This document shows positions 28,457 to 39,141 of a stretch of DNA of 64,000 nucleotides, in pieces. The position numbers were made by a program, and so were the translations under genes. Origin of the DNA: an uncultured Thermoleophilaceae bacterium. Its GTDB lineage: Bacteria > Actinomycetota > Thermoleophilia > Solirubrobacterales > Thermoleophilaceae. The notes under the pieces were generated by a model, which made no database searches, was not told the DNA's origin, and was given only the letters and a program-made list of their open reading frames with translations. Position 1 is the first letter of the stretch, and each line of letters opens with the position of its first letter. Where the stretch lies: the NCBI GenBank assembly GCA_963846865.1, contig CAWJXU010000002.1:33527-97526 (forward strand), given 5' to 3'.

Positions 28457-29281
28457 TTAGACCTGTTTGGAGTCGGACGCGTCAGGCATCTCGACCCCGG
28501 CTTCGGCCGAGCCGATCTGCGCGAAGAGGGGCGCGTGGTCCGAGGGCTTCTTGCCCTTTCGGTAGTCGCGCGCGATGCCGGACCGCTCGACCTGATCCGC
28601 GAGCTCGGGCGTCGCCAGCAGGTAATCGATTCGCAAGCCGAGGCCCTTGTGGAAGTTCCCGGCGCGGTAGTCCCACCAGGTGTAGGCGGTCGCGTCGGGA
28701 TGCAGGCGGCGGAAGATGTCGGCGAGGCCGGCGTCGAGAATCGCCTCGAAGCGCGCGCGCTCGTCGTCCGTCACGTGCGTGTCGCCCACGAACGCCGCCG
28801 GGTCGTACACGTCGAGGTCGGTCCGGCAGACGTTGAAGTCGCCGCCGATCAGCACTGGGCGCTCGTCGGCGACCAGCTCGGGCACGCGCTCGGCGATCGC
28901 CTCGAGGAAGCGCAGCTTGTCGGCGAAGGCGGGGGCATCGATCGCCTGGCCGTTCGGGACATACACGCTCACCGCGCGCACGCCGTCGACATCAGCCTCG
29001 ATCCAGCGGGCCTCGTCGCGAGCCGGCTCGCCCTCTAGCCCCGCGCACTCGTTCTCGATCGTCGTGTCCGTCGGCGCAAGCAGCGCGACGCCGGCCCAGC
29101 GACCGGCGCTGTGGTGGACCGCCTGGTAGCCGGCCGCCTCGAGCTCCATGTGGGGGAACGCATCCGGCTCGCTCTTCGTCTCCTGGAGGAAGACGAGGTC
29201 GGGCCGGTACTGCTCCAGCAGCTCGAGGACGCGCGGCATGCGCATCTTGAGCGAGTTGACGTTCCAGGTGGCTACGCGCAG
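28457..29281 (-). CDS. xthA: Exodeoxyribonuclease III
   Basis: ..VATWNVNSLKMRMP..DLVFLQETK..YVPNG..IGGDFNV..WWDYR..RIDY..SDHAPL. The listed ORF starts at 29245, but the conserved N-terminus extends to about 29281 with only CTG/GTT as possible starts. Confidence 0.8.
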   Translation of the reverse strand: MRVATWNVNSLKMRMPRVLELLEQYRPDLVFLQETKSEPDAFPHMELEAAGYQAVHHSAGRWAGVALLAPTDTTIENECAGLEGEPARDEARWIEADVDGVRAVSVYVPNGQAIDAPAFADKLRFLEAIAERVPELVADERPVLIGGDFNVCRTDLDVYDPAAFVGDTHVTDDERARFEAILDAGLADIFRRLHPDATAYTWWDYRAGNFHKGLGLRIDYLLATPELADQVERSGIARDYRKGKKPSDHAPLFAQIGSAEAGVEMPDASDSKQV

Positions 29282-29303
29282 AGCGCGCCCAACCTAGCGC
29301 GGG

Positions 29304-31468
29304 TTAGCTCCCGGGCTCCCCTGCCGTGTTGAAGAACGTCAGCGCGATCGCGACCTCGTTGCCGGGCGGGCCGAGGAAGTCCTGCACCTCGAGCCGATAG
29401 CGACCCGGCAGGAGCCTGCTCCCCGACCCGGCCGTTGAGATCTCCTCTCCGGTGGTGTCGCCGTCGTTCGTCCCGCTGGCGACATCGACCCAGGTCCCGT
29501 CCGACTCCTGCCGGGCGAGGTAGATGTCGAGGTCTGCCGGCTCGGCAGGAATCGCGGTGCCGTCGAGCCAGGCGTTGTCGTGCTCAGCCGTGACGTCGAA
29601 CTCGAAATAGTGCGTACTGACACCGTCGACCGGCACGGGGCCTGTGGGCACGACCGTGGTGATCGTCCCCTCGACCGGCGGCTGCGCGGGCCCGGTCTGC
29701 GCCGGATCCTGGAGCGGCACGTCGTCGGGGACGAGCGTCGGCGCGCCTACGACGGGGATGGTCACGTTCGTGCCCTCCGGGCCGGTGAACACCGACACGT
29801 TCGGATCGACCGTGAAGAACGGCGCCTTGTCGGGATCCGACGTCGTCACCTGGAGCACGAGCCGATGTCCGGCGCGCAGGTGGTGCGCCATGGCGAAGCC
29901 CGGCGGCTTCAGCGTGTAGCGCTCACCCGGCACGACCGGCGTCTCGGTCGCGATCCCGTTGCGCAGCTCGGGGTTGATCGTGAACTGGCTGATCCGGCGC
30001 CGCTTGCCGTCGGCGTCCTCGTCGAGCAGGTTCGCGATCAGGTGCACGCGCGGCACGGTGACGGACGCGACCAGCTCCATCGTGGGAACGCCGGCCATTA
30101 CGACGTCCTGCTCGAACGGCTCGGTGGCGAAGCTGACGCCGGTCTTCCACGTCGGGTCTGCCTGGATGAATTCCGAGAAGCCCTCGGGCGTGCCGACGAA
30201 CGATTGCGACCCTTCCTCGGCCGGGGCGGTGCTTCCCATCCCGCCGTCCGCAGTCGGGAAGAAGCTCAGCTCGCCGTCGGCGACGGGCCAGCGAGGCGCC
30301 GTGAGGACCTCGGTCCGCGCTCCGGTGCGGACAGCGCTGAATGACTGGTCGTCCGCCAGGAAGAGCTCCATCGGCGGCCCCGTGTTGACGTCGCGTTTCG
30401 CGAGGTGCTTGTCGAACCACGCGTGCAGCGCGTTGGTCCACTGGATCCCGCGATGGGTCGGGCAGCACGGCGAGCCGTGGTCCCACTGGCCCAGCCACAG
30501 CTTGTCCTTGGGGTTGCGCCGCTCGAAGAACCATTCCAGCGCGCCCACACGAGCGGCGTTGTCGTTGATGCCGTGCACCCCGAAGATCGGGATGTTGGCC
30601 TGCGTCGCGCCGCGGTTCCAGTCGCGCTCGAGATGCCAGTCGGCGTAGCGGCCGGAGAACTGGTCCTCGCCGGCCGTGAGCGCCGAGTCCGGAGCGCCGC
30701 AGCCCGTCTCCTCCATGTTGTTGCCGAAGTCGTCGCCGGTGTCGGCGTTCTGAACCGGATCGCGGCCGACCGGCGGCAGGCTTGCGCGGCGACCGTCAGG
30801 TAGTTGTACGACCACTGGACGCCGGTCCACTGGAGCATGTACGGGACACCCGCCTGGAACTGGTGGTGGTACATCGAGGCCAGGCCCGCGCTCGGAACGA
30901 TCGTCTTGAGCCCGGTCGGGTTCTGCGCGGCGGCGACTGAGGGCGTCGAGCCGACATACGAGTGCCCGGTCATCCCGACGCGGCCATTCGACCAACGCTG
31001 GCTCGCGGCCCATTCGACGACCTGCTCGAGGTCGCGCGCGTCCTTGTCGCCCAGGTGGTTGAGGCAGCCCTGGCTGCGGCCGGTGCCGCGCAGGTCCATC
31101 ATCACGACCGCGTAGCCGCGCGGCGCGAAGTAGCCGGTCAGCCCGACCGGGTCGCCGTCGGAGTTCTTCGGACCCGGGAGGATCCGCGTGCCGTCACGGT
31201 CCGCGATCGTGCCGTGGTAAGGGCTCGCCTCGAGGATCACGGGCGAGCGGCGCTTCGCCTTCGGCCTCACGACCTCGATGTAGAGCAGCTCGCCGTCGTA
31301 GGTGGGCAGCTGGATCACCTCGCGCTCCGTCTCGAAGCGCGGCTGGGTGAGCTTGCCCTGCTGGGCCGAGTAGTCGAACGCCTCCTCGGCCGCGTCGGCG
31401 TGGGCGGGGAGGAGCGCCAGCGTGAGCAGCGCGACGAGCGGGATGAAGAGGCGGCGAATGGTCTGCAT
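29304..31468 (-). pseudogene. CocE/NonD (S15 X-Pro dipeptidyl-peptidase) family hydrolase, one frameshift near 30790
   Basis: Signal peptide. ..SPYHG.., nucleophile elbow GHSYVG (ORF 30266..31468). The C-terminal beta-sandwich and a PPC-like tail lie in ORF 29304..31013. Confidence 0.7.
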
Positions 31469-31508
31469 GTAGGACCAAACGAAGCTCTTGGCGCTTTCTT
31501 GCGGTTTT

Positions 31509-32330
31509 TCAGCCGGGCGGCGCGAGCACCTCTCGCACGCCTCGCAGCGGCACCCTCACGCGCGCACGCGCGCGCGAGGAGTCGAGGCGGCAGTCGAGCG
31601 GCCGCGGGCTGGGGTGCTCCGCCGCCAGGGCGCTTTCGAGCGCATCGGGATCGCCCCCGCGGGCGCTCACGGCGAGGCGGGCGAACTCGTGCCGGTCCAT
31701 GGCGTCCGCGCCGGCCATGTGCAGGATCCCGGCTGCGTCGGACTCCGCCAGCTCGAGCAGCGCCTGAGCGAGGTCGCCCACCTGCACCGGGTTGCGCAGC
31801 TCGTCGGTGAAGAACTTCATATCGGCTCTTCCTGCCGCGGCGTCCAGGGCGATCTGCTCGTGCCGGCTCGGCTCGTCGCCGCCGTAGATCAGCGACGTGC
31901 GGACGATCAGCGCGTCCGCGAGGATCTCCTGGACCGCCTGCTCGCCAGCGAGCTTCTGGCGCCCGTATTCGGTAATCGGGCGCGGTTCGTCGTCCTCGGT
32001 GTAAGGGCGGCCGAGCTCTCCATCGAAGACGAGGTCGGTCGAGACGTGCACGAGGCGCGCTTTCGCGGCGGCCGCCGCCCGCGCGACGTTGCGCGAGCCG
32101 TCGACGTTCACCGCCTCGGACCCGTCGCCGGCCTCTCGGTAGACCGTGTGGATCACGGCCTCCGGGCGCAGCTCACTGACAAGGCGCCCGACCGCGTCCG
32201 AGTCGCGGACGTCCAGCCGCACGGCCCCGGGGCGCTCGGCAGTGAGGTATGTGCCGGTCGCCTCCGGAGCCCGCCGGGCGAGCTCGCTGCCCAGATAGCC
32301 CGAGGAACCGGTGATGAGAAGTCCAGCCAC
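31509..32330 (-). CDS. RmlD-like NAD(P)-dependent sugar-nucleotide reductase/epimerase
   Basis: LLITGSSGYLGSEL Rossmann motif, ..HVSTDLVFDG.. and ..YGRQKLAGE (YxxxK). Confidence 0.65.
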   Translation of the reverse strand: MAGLLITGSSGYLGSELARRAPEATGTYLTAERPGAVRLDVRDSDAVGRLVSELRPEAVIHTVYREAGDGSEAVNVDGSRNVARAAAAAKARLVHVSTDLVFDGELGRPYTEDDEPRPITEYGRQKLAGEQAVQEILADALIVRTSLIYGGDEPSRHEQIALDAAAGRADMKFFTDELRNPVQVGDLAQALLELAESDAAGILHMAGADAMDRHEFARLAVSARGGDPDALESALAAEHPSPRPLDCRLDSSRARARVRVPLRGVREVLAPPG

Positions 32331-32346
32331 CTGATCTAATCGTCAC

Positions 32347-33757
32347 ATGGGGGAGCAGGTGGCGATGCTGCGCGCGCTCGACGAGGCGCCGATCAACCGG
32401 CGCTACGTGATCCTGATGCTCGCCTGCATGGTCGGCGCGGTGCTCGACCTGTTCGACTTCTTCCTGATCGCGTTCGTCGTCCCGATCCTGAACGACGAGT
32501 GGTCGCTCACCTTCGGCGAGGCCACCGCGATGCTGCTGAGCGCCGGGTTCGGGGCGATTCTCGGCAGCATCATCTGGGGTCGCCTCGGCGAGAGCCACGG
32601 CCGCCGCCGCCCGCTGATCGCCGGGCTCTTGATCTTCTCGCTGGGCACCGGCGCGATGGCGCTCGCCCCCGACGAGGGCTGGTGGTTCATCACGATCTTC
32701 CGCTTCATCGTGGGCATGGGAGTGGCCGGCGTCGCGGTGATCGCCGTGCCGATGGTGCTCGAGTTCACCCCCACCCGCCTGCGCACGCGGATCGTCGGCT
32801 TCGTGACCACCGCGATGGTGCCGATCGGCATCCTGATGGCCGCCGGCTCGGCAGCCGCGCTCGATCCGAACTGGCGCGCGCTGTTCCTGCTCGGCCTGCT
32901 GCCGCTGATCTCCGTCGTGTTCACGGTCGTCTACGTGCGCGAGTCTCCGCGCTGGTTGCTCGAGCAGGGGCGCAACGAAGAGGCCCGCAGCGTGATCGCG
33001 TGGCTCACGATGCGCGACGAGAGCGAGCTGGCGCTCGACGCCGAGATCGAGCCGGAGCGGAAGGCCGGCTACCGCGAGCTGTTGCGCTATCGCCAGAGCG
33101 CTCTGATCACGGTGCTCGCGTGGATCGGGGCGTCGGCGGCGGTGGCGGGCGTGTTCCTGTGGGGGCCTACGTTCCTCGAGGAGATCCTCGAGGTCGACTC
33201 CGACGAGGCCGCCGGGCTGTTCGTGATCGTGATCATGGGTGCGTTCGCGGGACGGCTGTTCTTCTCGTTCTTCCCCCACCGCGTCGGCAGGCGGACCTGC
33301 GGCCTCCTGATGGGGGTCGGAGCGCCGGTCTTCCTGGCGGTCGGCGGCCTTCAGCGGCGAGACGGAGATCGCCGGCGCGTCGCTGTTCCTGATCGCGCTC
33401 GCGTGTGCCGCGTTCTTCGTCGACGGCGGCTTCGCGAACCTGGCTCCGTACACATCGGAGATCTACCCGACCGCGATGCGAACCCACGGGATGGGCCTCG
33501 CGTGGATGATGAGCGGCCTCGGCCGGATCATCGGCCCCCTGGGGGTGGGAATGATCGCGGGCAGTGACGACCCGATCGAGCCCGAGGCGACGCTGTCCGC
33601 GCTCGAGCCCGGCTTCATGTTCCTGGCCGGCTTCTCGCTGCTCGTGCTGATCGGGTTCGTGATCGTGAAGCTCGAGCCGCACGGCTCGGACCTGGAGAGC
33701 TTCCACACGCAGCTTGCGGCCGAGCGCTCCTCAGAGACCGCCGAGCTTCGCGCGTAG
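32347..33757 (+). pseudogene. MFS transporter, one frameshift near 33350
   Basis: ..GRLGESHGRRRPL.. (MFS motif A) in ORF 32347..33567. The last TM helices ..YTSEIYPTAMRTHGMGLAWMMSGLGRIIGP.. lie in ORF 33476..33757. Confidence 0.7.
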
Positions 33758-34663
33758 CAGCGCCACGACGCGCTCGGGCTCGTCGCGGAGCTGGCGCCAT
33801 GTAATGCGGATGACAATCCACTCCGCGAGGCTGAGGTCGAAATCGCGCTGGTGATCGCGTTCCCATGCGAAAGGGTTGTCGTGAGTTGTGCGGCCGTCCG
33901 TCTCCACGATGAGCTTTGCGTCCGGCCAGTGGAAGTCGACCTCGTAGCCGAGCACGAGCCCATTTGTGATCGGGCTGGGTAGGGACGCGTCCCTCAGGAG
34001 CTGTAGGAAGCGCCGCTCGAGCTCGCTGCGCGTCGGGGGCACGTCGTCGTCGAGCTCCTGGAGCACATGGCGCAACGTGCCCGTGCCTCGCTTGCCACGC
34101 GCACGATCGAGCGCGTCAGTGAGTGCGTCGGCGTCGAAAAGTCTCAGGATCTGCGTGCGCTCGAGCAATCTGCGCATGTCGTCTGTCTGTACGGAGCTGG
34201 CCACATCGATGAGTGTGCGGGGCCAGCTGGTACAAGGAATCCCGTCGATCACAGCGAGATCGGGGTCTTCCAGGTTGCGCACTACGTGCGTCCGGATCCC
34301 AGCGCGCGCCACGCTTCGGCCTCGTGGGATGGTCACGTGGACAGGGCCACTGCTCTGCGCTCGCAGGTCCCACAGCGCGAGCGCCGACCGATGACTCACC
34401 CGTCCGCTCTGACTCGCGAGGACCGCCGCCATGAAGAGGCCGCACTGGCCGGGATGTCGTGTCAGCGAGAAGACACCGTCGTGCATGCGGAACAGCCGCC
34501 GCGTCGCCACGCGCGTGCGGATCATCTCGTCGCTCACACCCGCGGCCAGCAGCTGCTTCCGACTCACCACCCCGTGTTGACTGTCCGCCAGCTCCGCGAT
34601 CACCAGGTCCGGACGACGCGGTGGTCGTGATATTGCGTCGTGGAGACGTAATTTCTCTGCCAC
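33731..34663 (-). CDS. DUF559 endonuclease-domain protein with N-terminal AbiEi-like HTH region
   Basis: ..SQHGVVSRKQLLAAGVS..RLFRMHDGVF.. at the N-terminus. The C-terminal ..SELERRFLQLL..YEVDFHWPDAKLIVETDG..H.....ERDHQRD.. is the Vsr-like DUF559 pattern. Confidence 0.6.
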   Translation of the reverse strand: MAEKLRLHDAISRPPRRPDLVIAELADSQHGVVSRKQLLAAGVSDEMIRTRVATRRLFRMHDGVFSLTRHPGQCGLFMAAVLASQSGRVSHRSALALWDLRAQSSGPVHVTIPRGRSVARAGIRTHVVRNLEDPDLAVIDGIPCTSWPRTLIDVASSVQTDDMRRLLERTQILRLFDADALTDALDRARGKRGTGTLRHVLQELDDDVPPTRSELERRFLQLLRDASLPSPITNGLVLGYEVDFHWPDAKLIVETDGRTTHDNPFAWERDHQRDFDLSLAEWIVIRITWRQLRDEPERVVALLRAKLGGL

Positions 34664-34717
34664 CGGGCGAGAATCGCGCTGTGCGGGTGCCCAGTGTGTT
34701 GCGAGCGTTACGAAGAG

Positions 34718-34807
34718 CGGAGAGGGAGGGATTCGAACCCTCGAAGGAGCTATTAGCCCCTTACTCGCTTAGCAGGCGAGTGCCTTCAGCCACTCGGCCA
34801 CCTCTCC
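34718..34807 (-). tRNA. tRNA-Ser (anticodon GCU)
   Basis: The reverse complement GGAGAGGTGGCCGAGTGGCTGAAGGCACTCGCCTGCTAAGCGAG..GAGGGTTCGAATCCCTCCCTCTCCG has a long variable arm and anticodon loop CT-GCT-AA. Confidence 0.9.
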
Positions 34808-34829
34808 AGGTCAAACTGATGTCGATTGT

Positions 34830-35459
34830 ATGACCCGACACCGGATTCGACTCTTGGCCGCCGGCGTGGCGGGGTTCGTGGTCCTGGTGGCCTTCGGGAC
34901 CCATTTCCTGCTGCCCCCCTACCTGGAAAACCGCGTCGAGGAACGGCTCGAGGAGAACGGCGGCCGGGCCGAGGTCGAGCTGAGCGCCGTCCCGGCGATC
35001 AGGCTGCTCGCGGGGCACGGCGACCGGATCGAGGTCACCGGCAGCGGGCTCGAGGTGGACTTCGAGGACCCCGACGAAGACGTGTTCGACCAGCTCAACA
35101 AGTTCGACGAGGTCGAGATCGAGCTGACGGACGTCGAGGCCGACCCGCTCGACGTGTCGAGCTTCCGGCTCGAGGGCCTCGGCGACGGGCGCTACCGGAT
35201 CGAGAGCGACGCGACCGCCAGCGTCCAGGAGCTCGGGCGCGTCGCCGGTGAGCAGTTCGGGCCACTCGGCGGGTTGATCGGCTCGATCGTCGGCGGCAGC
35301 GCACCGCTCTCGGCAGCGCCGGTTCCCATCCGGCTCGACGGCGAGCTCGACACCGGGGACGGCGATGTCCAGATGGTCACCGGCGACGCAACCGTGGCGG
35401 GGCTGCCGGCGGGACCGGTCGCTCGACTCGTCACAACTGCGATCCTTTCGGCCCTGTGA
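34830..35459 (+). CDS. Membrane-anchored hypothetical protein (DUF2993/LmeA-like by pattern)
   Basis: N-terminal TM helix LLAAGVAGFVVLVAFG, then ..YLENRVEERLEENGG..VELSAVPAIRLLAGHGDRIEV.. Confidence 0.4.
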   Translation: MTRHRIRLLAAGVAGFVVLVAFGTHFLLPPYLENRVEERLEENGGRAEVELSAVPAIRLLAGHGDRIEVTGSGLEVDFEDPDEDVFDQLNKFDEVEIELTDVEADPLDVSSFRLEGLGDGRYRIESDATASVQELGRVAGEQFGPLGGLIGSIVGGSAPLSAAPVPIRLDGELDTGDGDVQMVTGDATVAGLPAGPVARLVTTAILSAL

Positions 35460-38119
35460 CGTCGAGGTACGCGGCCGCCGCGCTCGTAATCGCCCTGTTC
35501 GCAGCGGTGCCCGCCGCCGCAGCCCCTGCGCCGCAGCCCTACGGAACGAACGACGCAGGCGGCATCCGCAACCTGCTTCCGCCAGGGTCGCGCGGGCTGT
35601 CGAACGCCGTCGAGCTTGGCGCGTTCCTCACCACAGGCGTGCGCCCCGCCCACTCGAGCGACCAGCTCCCGCTCTACCGCGACCTGATCACGGCGCCTCG
35701 CCCGTTCGACGACAGCACGCTCGACTCGCTCTTCAAGGACGCCGGGTTCGGCGTACAGGGCGAGGTCGAGCGCACGTACAGCCCGCGCGACGACGTGACG
35801 ATCCAACGCGACGCGGATTTCGGCGTGCCGCACATCTACTCGGACTCGCGCGAGGGCGCGATGTTCGGGATCGGCTACGCGACCGCGGAGGACCGGCTCT
35901 TCTTCATGGACATCTTCCGTCACCTCGGCCGCGCCCAGCTCTCGTCGTTCGCCGGCGGCGCGCCGGCGAACCGCGCGTTCGATGCGCTGATGTGGTCGGT
36001 CGCGCCCTATACGGAGGAGGAGCTCACGCGCCAGACGCAGGTGCGCCCGCGCGGCTTCGAGGAGCAGGCCGACCGGCTCCGTGCCGAGCTGACCGCGTAC
36101 CTGGCGGGAGTGAACGCCTACATCGCCGAGGCGCGCATGGACCCCACGAAGATGCCGGGCGAGTACGCGGCGATCAACGACCTCGACGGCCCCGACGACT
36201 TCGTGCCCGCCGACGTCGTCGCCACCGCCGCCGTGGCCGGCGCGATCTTCGGCGTGGGCGGCGGCGAGGAGCTGAACTCCGCGCTCGCGCTGCAGGCGGC
36301 GCGGAAGCGCTTCGGGCGCGGCAAGGGCGAGCGCGTGTGGCGCGACTTCCGCTCGGTGGACGATCCCGAGGGCCCGACCACAGTCCATCGCAAGCGCTTC
36401 CCCTACGCCCGCCATCCGCGCAACCGGCGCGGGACGGCGATCCCGGATCGCGGCAGCGTGAAGCTGGCCGAGATCCTCGAGAAGGCGGAGGCGCCGGGAT
36501 CGACGACGTCGCGCAAGCTGCTCTCGTTCCCGAACGCGCAGTCGAACGCGCTGATCGTGTCCGCGCGGGAGTCGCAGTCGGGCCGCCCGCTCGCCGTCTT
36601 CGGCCCGCAAACGGCCTACTTCTCGCCCCAGGTGCTGGTGGAGCAGGACGTACACGCCCCGGGCTACGACGCACGCGGCGTCGCGTTCCCGGGTGTCAAC
36701 CTCTTCGTGCAGCTCGGCCGCGGGCGCGACTACGCGTGGAGCGCGACCACCTCGGCGCAGGACATCGTCGACACCTTCGCGGTCGAGCTCTGCGACGACA
36801 CGCACTACCGCTTCCGCGGCCGCTGTCGCGAGATCGAGGTGCTCGAGCGCACCAACGAGTGGAGCCCGAACGCGGCCGACCCGACGCCGGCCGGGACCGA
36901 AAAACTGACGATCGAGCGGACGGCGCTCGGAATCGTGATCGCACGCGGCGAGATCCGCGGCAAGCCGGTCGCGTTCACGCGGCTGCGGACCACGTACGGG
37001 CACGAGACCGACTCGGGCCTCGCGTTCTCCAACTTCAACAACCCCGATCGGATCCGCGGGCCGCGCAGCTTCCAGCGCGCGGCGGCGCTCATTCCCTTCA
37101 CCTTCAACTGGTTCTACATCGACTCGGAGCACATCGCGTACCAGAACGCCGGCGCCAATCCGCTCCGCGCGCGCGGCGTCGACGCGAGCCTCCCGGTCGT
37201 GGGCCGCAAGCGGTTCGAGTGGCGCCGCTGGGCTCCGGGCGAGACCCGGCGCTCGCTGCGTGAGTACTCCACGCCACCTCGCGCCCACCCGCGCGTGGTG
37301 GACCAGTCCTACATCGCGGACTGGAACGGCAAGCAGGCGCGCGGCTACGGCGCCGCCGACGGCAACTGGGGCTACGGCCCCGTCTACCGCTCGAAGCTGC
37401 TCGACGACCGCGTCCGCGCGCTCGTCGCCGGGAGCGGGAAGGCGACGCTGCCGCAACTCGCCGAAGCGATGGCGGACGCCGCGACGGTCGACCTTCGTGG
37501 CGACGCCGTGCTGCCGTGGGCGCTTCGCGTGCTCCGCGGCGAGCCCGCCGAAGAGGTAGCCAAGCTACGGGCGTGGGTACGTGACGGCGCCCACCGAATC
37601 GACGCAAACGGCGACGGTGTCTACGAGCACTCCGAGGCGATCCAGATCATGGATGCCTGGTGGCCGCGCTGGGTGGAGGCGCAGTTCGCGCCGGTGCTAG
37701 GCAAGCGCCTGTTCGAAGCGATGACGACGGTCCATCCGCTCGACAACCACCCGAACAACCACGGCGACCACGTCGGCAGTGCCTGGCAGGACGGCTGGTA
37801 CTCGTTCGTGCAGAAGGACCTTCGCTCGCTGCTCGGTCGCCGCGTACGGGGCCGCTGGTCGCGCACCTACTGCGGAAAGGGGTCGATCGCACGGTGCCGA
37901 CGGGTGTTGGCGCGGTCGCTCAACGAGGCGGCGGAGGCCAACCCCGCGGAGCTGTACGCCGACGGAGTCTGTGCCGACGAGGGCCGCGAAGGTGAACAGG
38001 CCTGCTTCGACGCGATCTGGCACCGCCCGCTCGGCGGGATCACGCAGCCGCTGATCCCGTGGCAGAACCGGCCTACCTTCCAGCAGGTCGTCGAGATCCC
38101 GTCCGGAGTGCCGCGCTAG
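35456..38119 (+). CDS. Penicillin acylase-family Ntn hydrolase (S45), 887 aa
   Basis: Signal peptide. ..RDADFGVPHIYSDSREGAMFGIGYATAEDRLFFMD... A putative autoproteolytic nucleophile lies at ..FPNAQ|SNALIVS... Confidence 0.8.
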   Translation: MTSRYAAAALVIALFAAVPAAAAPAPQPYGTNDAGGIRNLLPPGSRGLSNAVELGAFLTTGVRPAHSSDQLPLYRDLITAPRPFDDSTLDSLFKDAGFGVQGEVERTYSPRDDVTIQRDADFGVPHIYSDSREGAMFGIGYATAEDRLFFMDIFRHLGRAQLSSFAGGAPANRAFDALMWSVAPYTEEELTRQTQVRPRGFEEQADRLRAELTAYLAGVNAYIAEARMDPTKMPGEYAAINDLDGPDDFVPADVVATAAVAGAIFGVGGGEELNSALALQAARKRFGRGKGERVWRDFRSVDDPEGPTTVHRKRFPYARHPRNRRGTAIPDRGSVKLAEILEKAEAPGSTTSRKLLSFPNAQSNALIVSARESQSGRPLAVFGPQTAYFSPQVLVEQDVHAPGYDARGVAFPGVNLFVQLGRGRDYAWSATTSAQDIVDTFAVELCDDTHYRFRGRCREIEVLERTNEWSPNAADPTPAGTEKLTIERTALGIVIARGEIRGKPVAFTRLRTTYGHETDSGLAFSNFNNPDRIRGPRSFQRAAALIPFTFNWFYIDSEHIAYQNAGANPLRARGVDASLPVVGRKRFEWRRWAPGETRRSLREYSTPPRAHPRVVDQSYIADWNGKQARGYGAADGNWGYGPVYRSKLLDDRVRALVAGSGKATLPQLAEAMADAATVDLRGDAVLPWALRVLRGEPAEEVAKLRAWVRDGAHRIDANGDGVYEHSEAIQIMDAWWPRWVEAQFAPVLGKRLFEAMTTVHPLDNHPNNHGDHVGSAWQDGWYSFVQKDLRSLLGRRVRGRWSRTYCGKGSIARCRRVLARSLNEAAEANPAELYADGVCADEGREGEQACFDAIWHRPLGGITQPLIPWQNRPTFQQVVEIPSGVPR

Positions 38120-39141
38120 CGGCGGAGCGGCCGGGCGAGCGCCGGCGCCGCGGGCTTCGCCTGACCGTCCTCGTCGAACGGGAGCGCCCGCGCCTCCGGG
38201 TCGAGCCACGACCAGCGGTCCGTCACGCCCCAGATCGTCAGGCCGGTGCAGTTCGGCGCGCCTGCGCAGACCCGCGCCGCGTTGGAGTACACCTGCGCCT
38301 GTCGCCGCGGCTCGGTGCCGCCCACGTCCATCTCGGTGATCGCCGCCGCCAGGCCGATCCGGGCGGTCGCGCGGAACAGCGCGCGCAGACGCGCGCGGCT
38401 CGGCGCGTCCTTCCCGGTCGTGTGGTGCTGGAAGCCGACCCCGTCGATCGGCACGTCCACGCGCTTCAGGTTCCGCGCCAACGTGATCAGCGCGCGCGAT
38501 TTCGGCCCCGGCCCCTCGGCATCGATCTCGTTGACGAAGAGCTTCGCCTTCGGGTCGACCCGATGCGCGACACGGAACGCGTAGGCGATCCAGCCGGGGC
38601 CGAGCGCGCGAGACCAGACGTTCGGCGCGAAGGTGCCGTCGTCGGCGAGCGGCTCGTTGACGACGTCCCACTCGTCGACCCGCCCGCGATAGCGACCGAC
38701 GACAGCGCGGATGTGGTCGCGCAGGATCTTCTTGAGCTCCGAAGCGCTCCAGTCGCCATCCTCGACCCACTCCGGCAGCTGCTCGTCCCAGACGAGCGGG
38801 TGCCCGCGCACCCGTTTGTCCGTCTTGCGCGCGAACTCGACCAGCGTGTCGGCCTCCTCGAAGTCGAACTCGCCCTGCTCTGGCTGGATGATCGCCCACT
38901 TCATCGCGTTCTCGGGCGTGATCGAGGTGAAGCGCGTGATGAGGAGCTCGCGGTATGCGTCGTCCTCGAGCGCGTGCGCGGCGTCGACGGCCGCTCCGAG
39001 CGGCTTGACGTAGGCGTTGCGGGCGACGGGCTTGCTGTCGACCGGGGTCGGGGCCGCTTCGTCCTGGCCGCAACCCGCCGCCAGCGCGACGAGCGCCATC
39101 ACCAGATAGCGTGCGAGTGAGATGGACGAGCGCTTCTGCAA
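38116..39141 (-). CDS. GH10 endo-1,4-beta-xylanase lipoprotein
   Basis: Lipobox LAAGC. ITPENAMKW, WDVVNEP (acid/base Glu) and ITEMDV (nucleophile Glu). Confidence 0.8.
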   Translation of the reverse strand: MQKRSSISLARYLVMALVALAAGCGQDEAAPTPVDSKPVARNAYVKPLGAAVDAAHALEDDAYRELLITRFTSITPENAMKWAIIQPEQGEFDFEEADTLVEFARKTDKRVRGHPLVWDEQLPEWVEDGDWSASELKKILRDHIRAVVGRYRGRVDEWDVVNEPLADDGTFAPNVWSRALGPGWIAYAFRVAHRVDPKAKLFVNEIDAEGPGPKSRALITLARNLKRVDVPIDGVGFQHHTTGKDAPSRARLRALFRATARIGLAAAITEMDVGGTEPRRQAQVYSNAARVCAGAPNCTGLTIWGVTDRWSWLDPEARALPFDEDGQAKPAAPALARPLRR

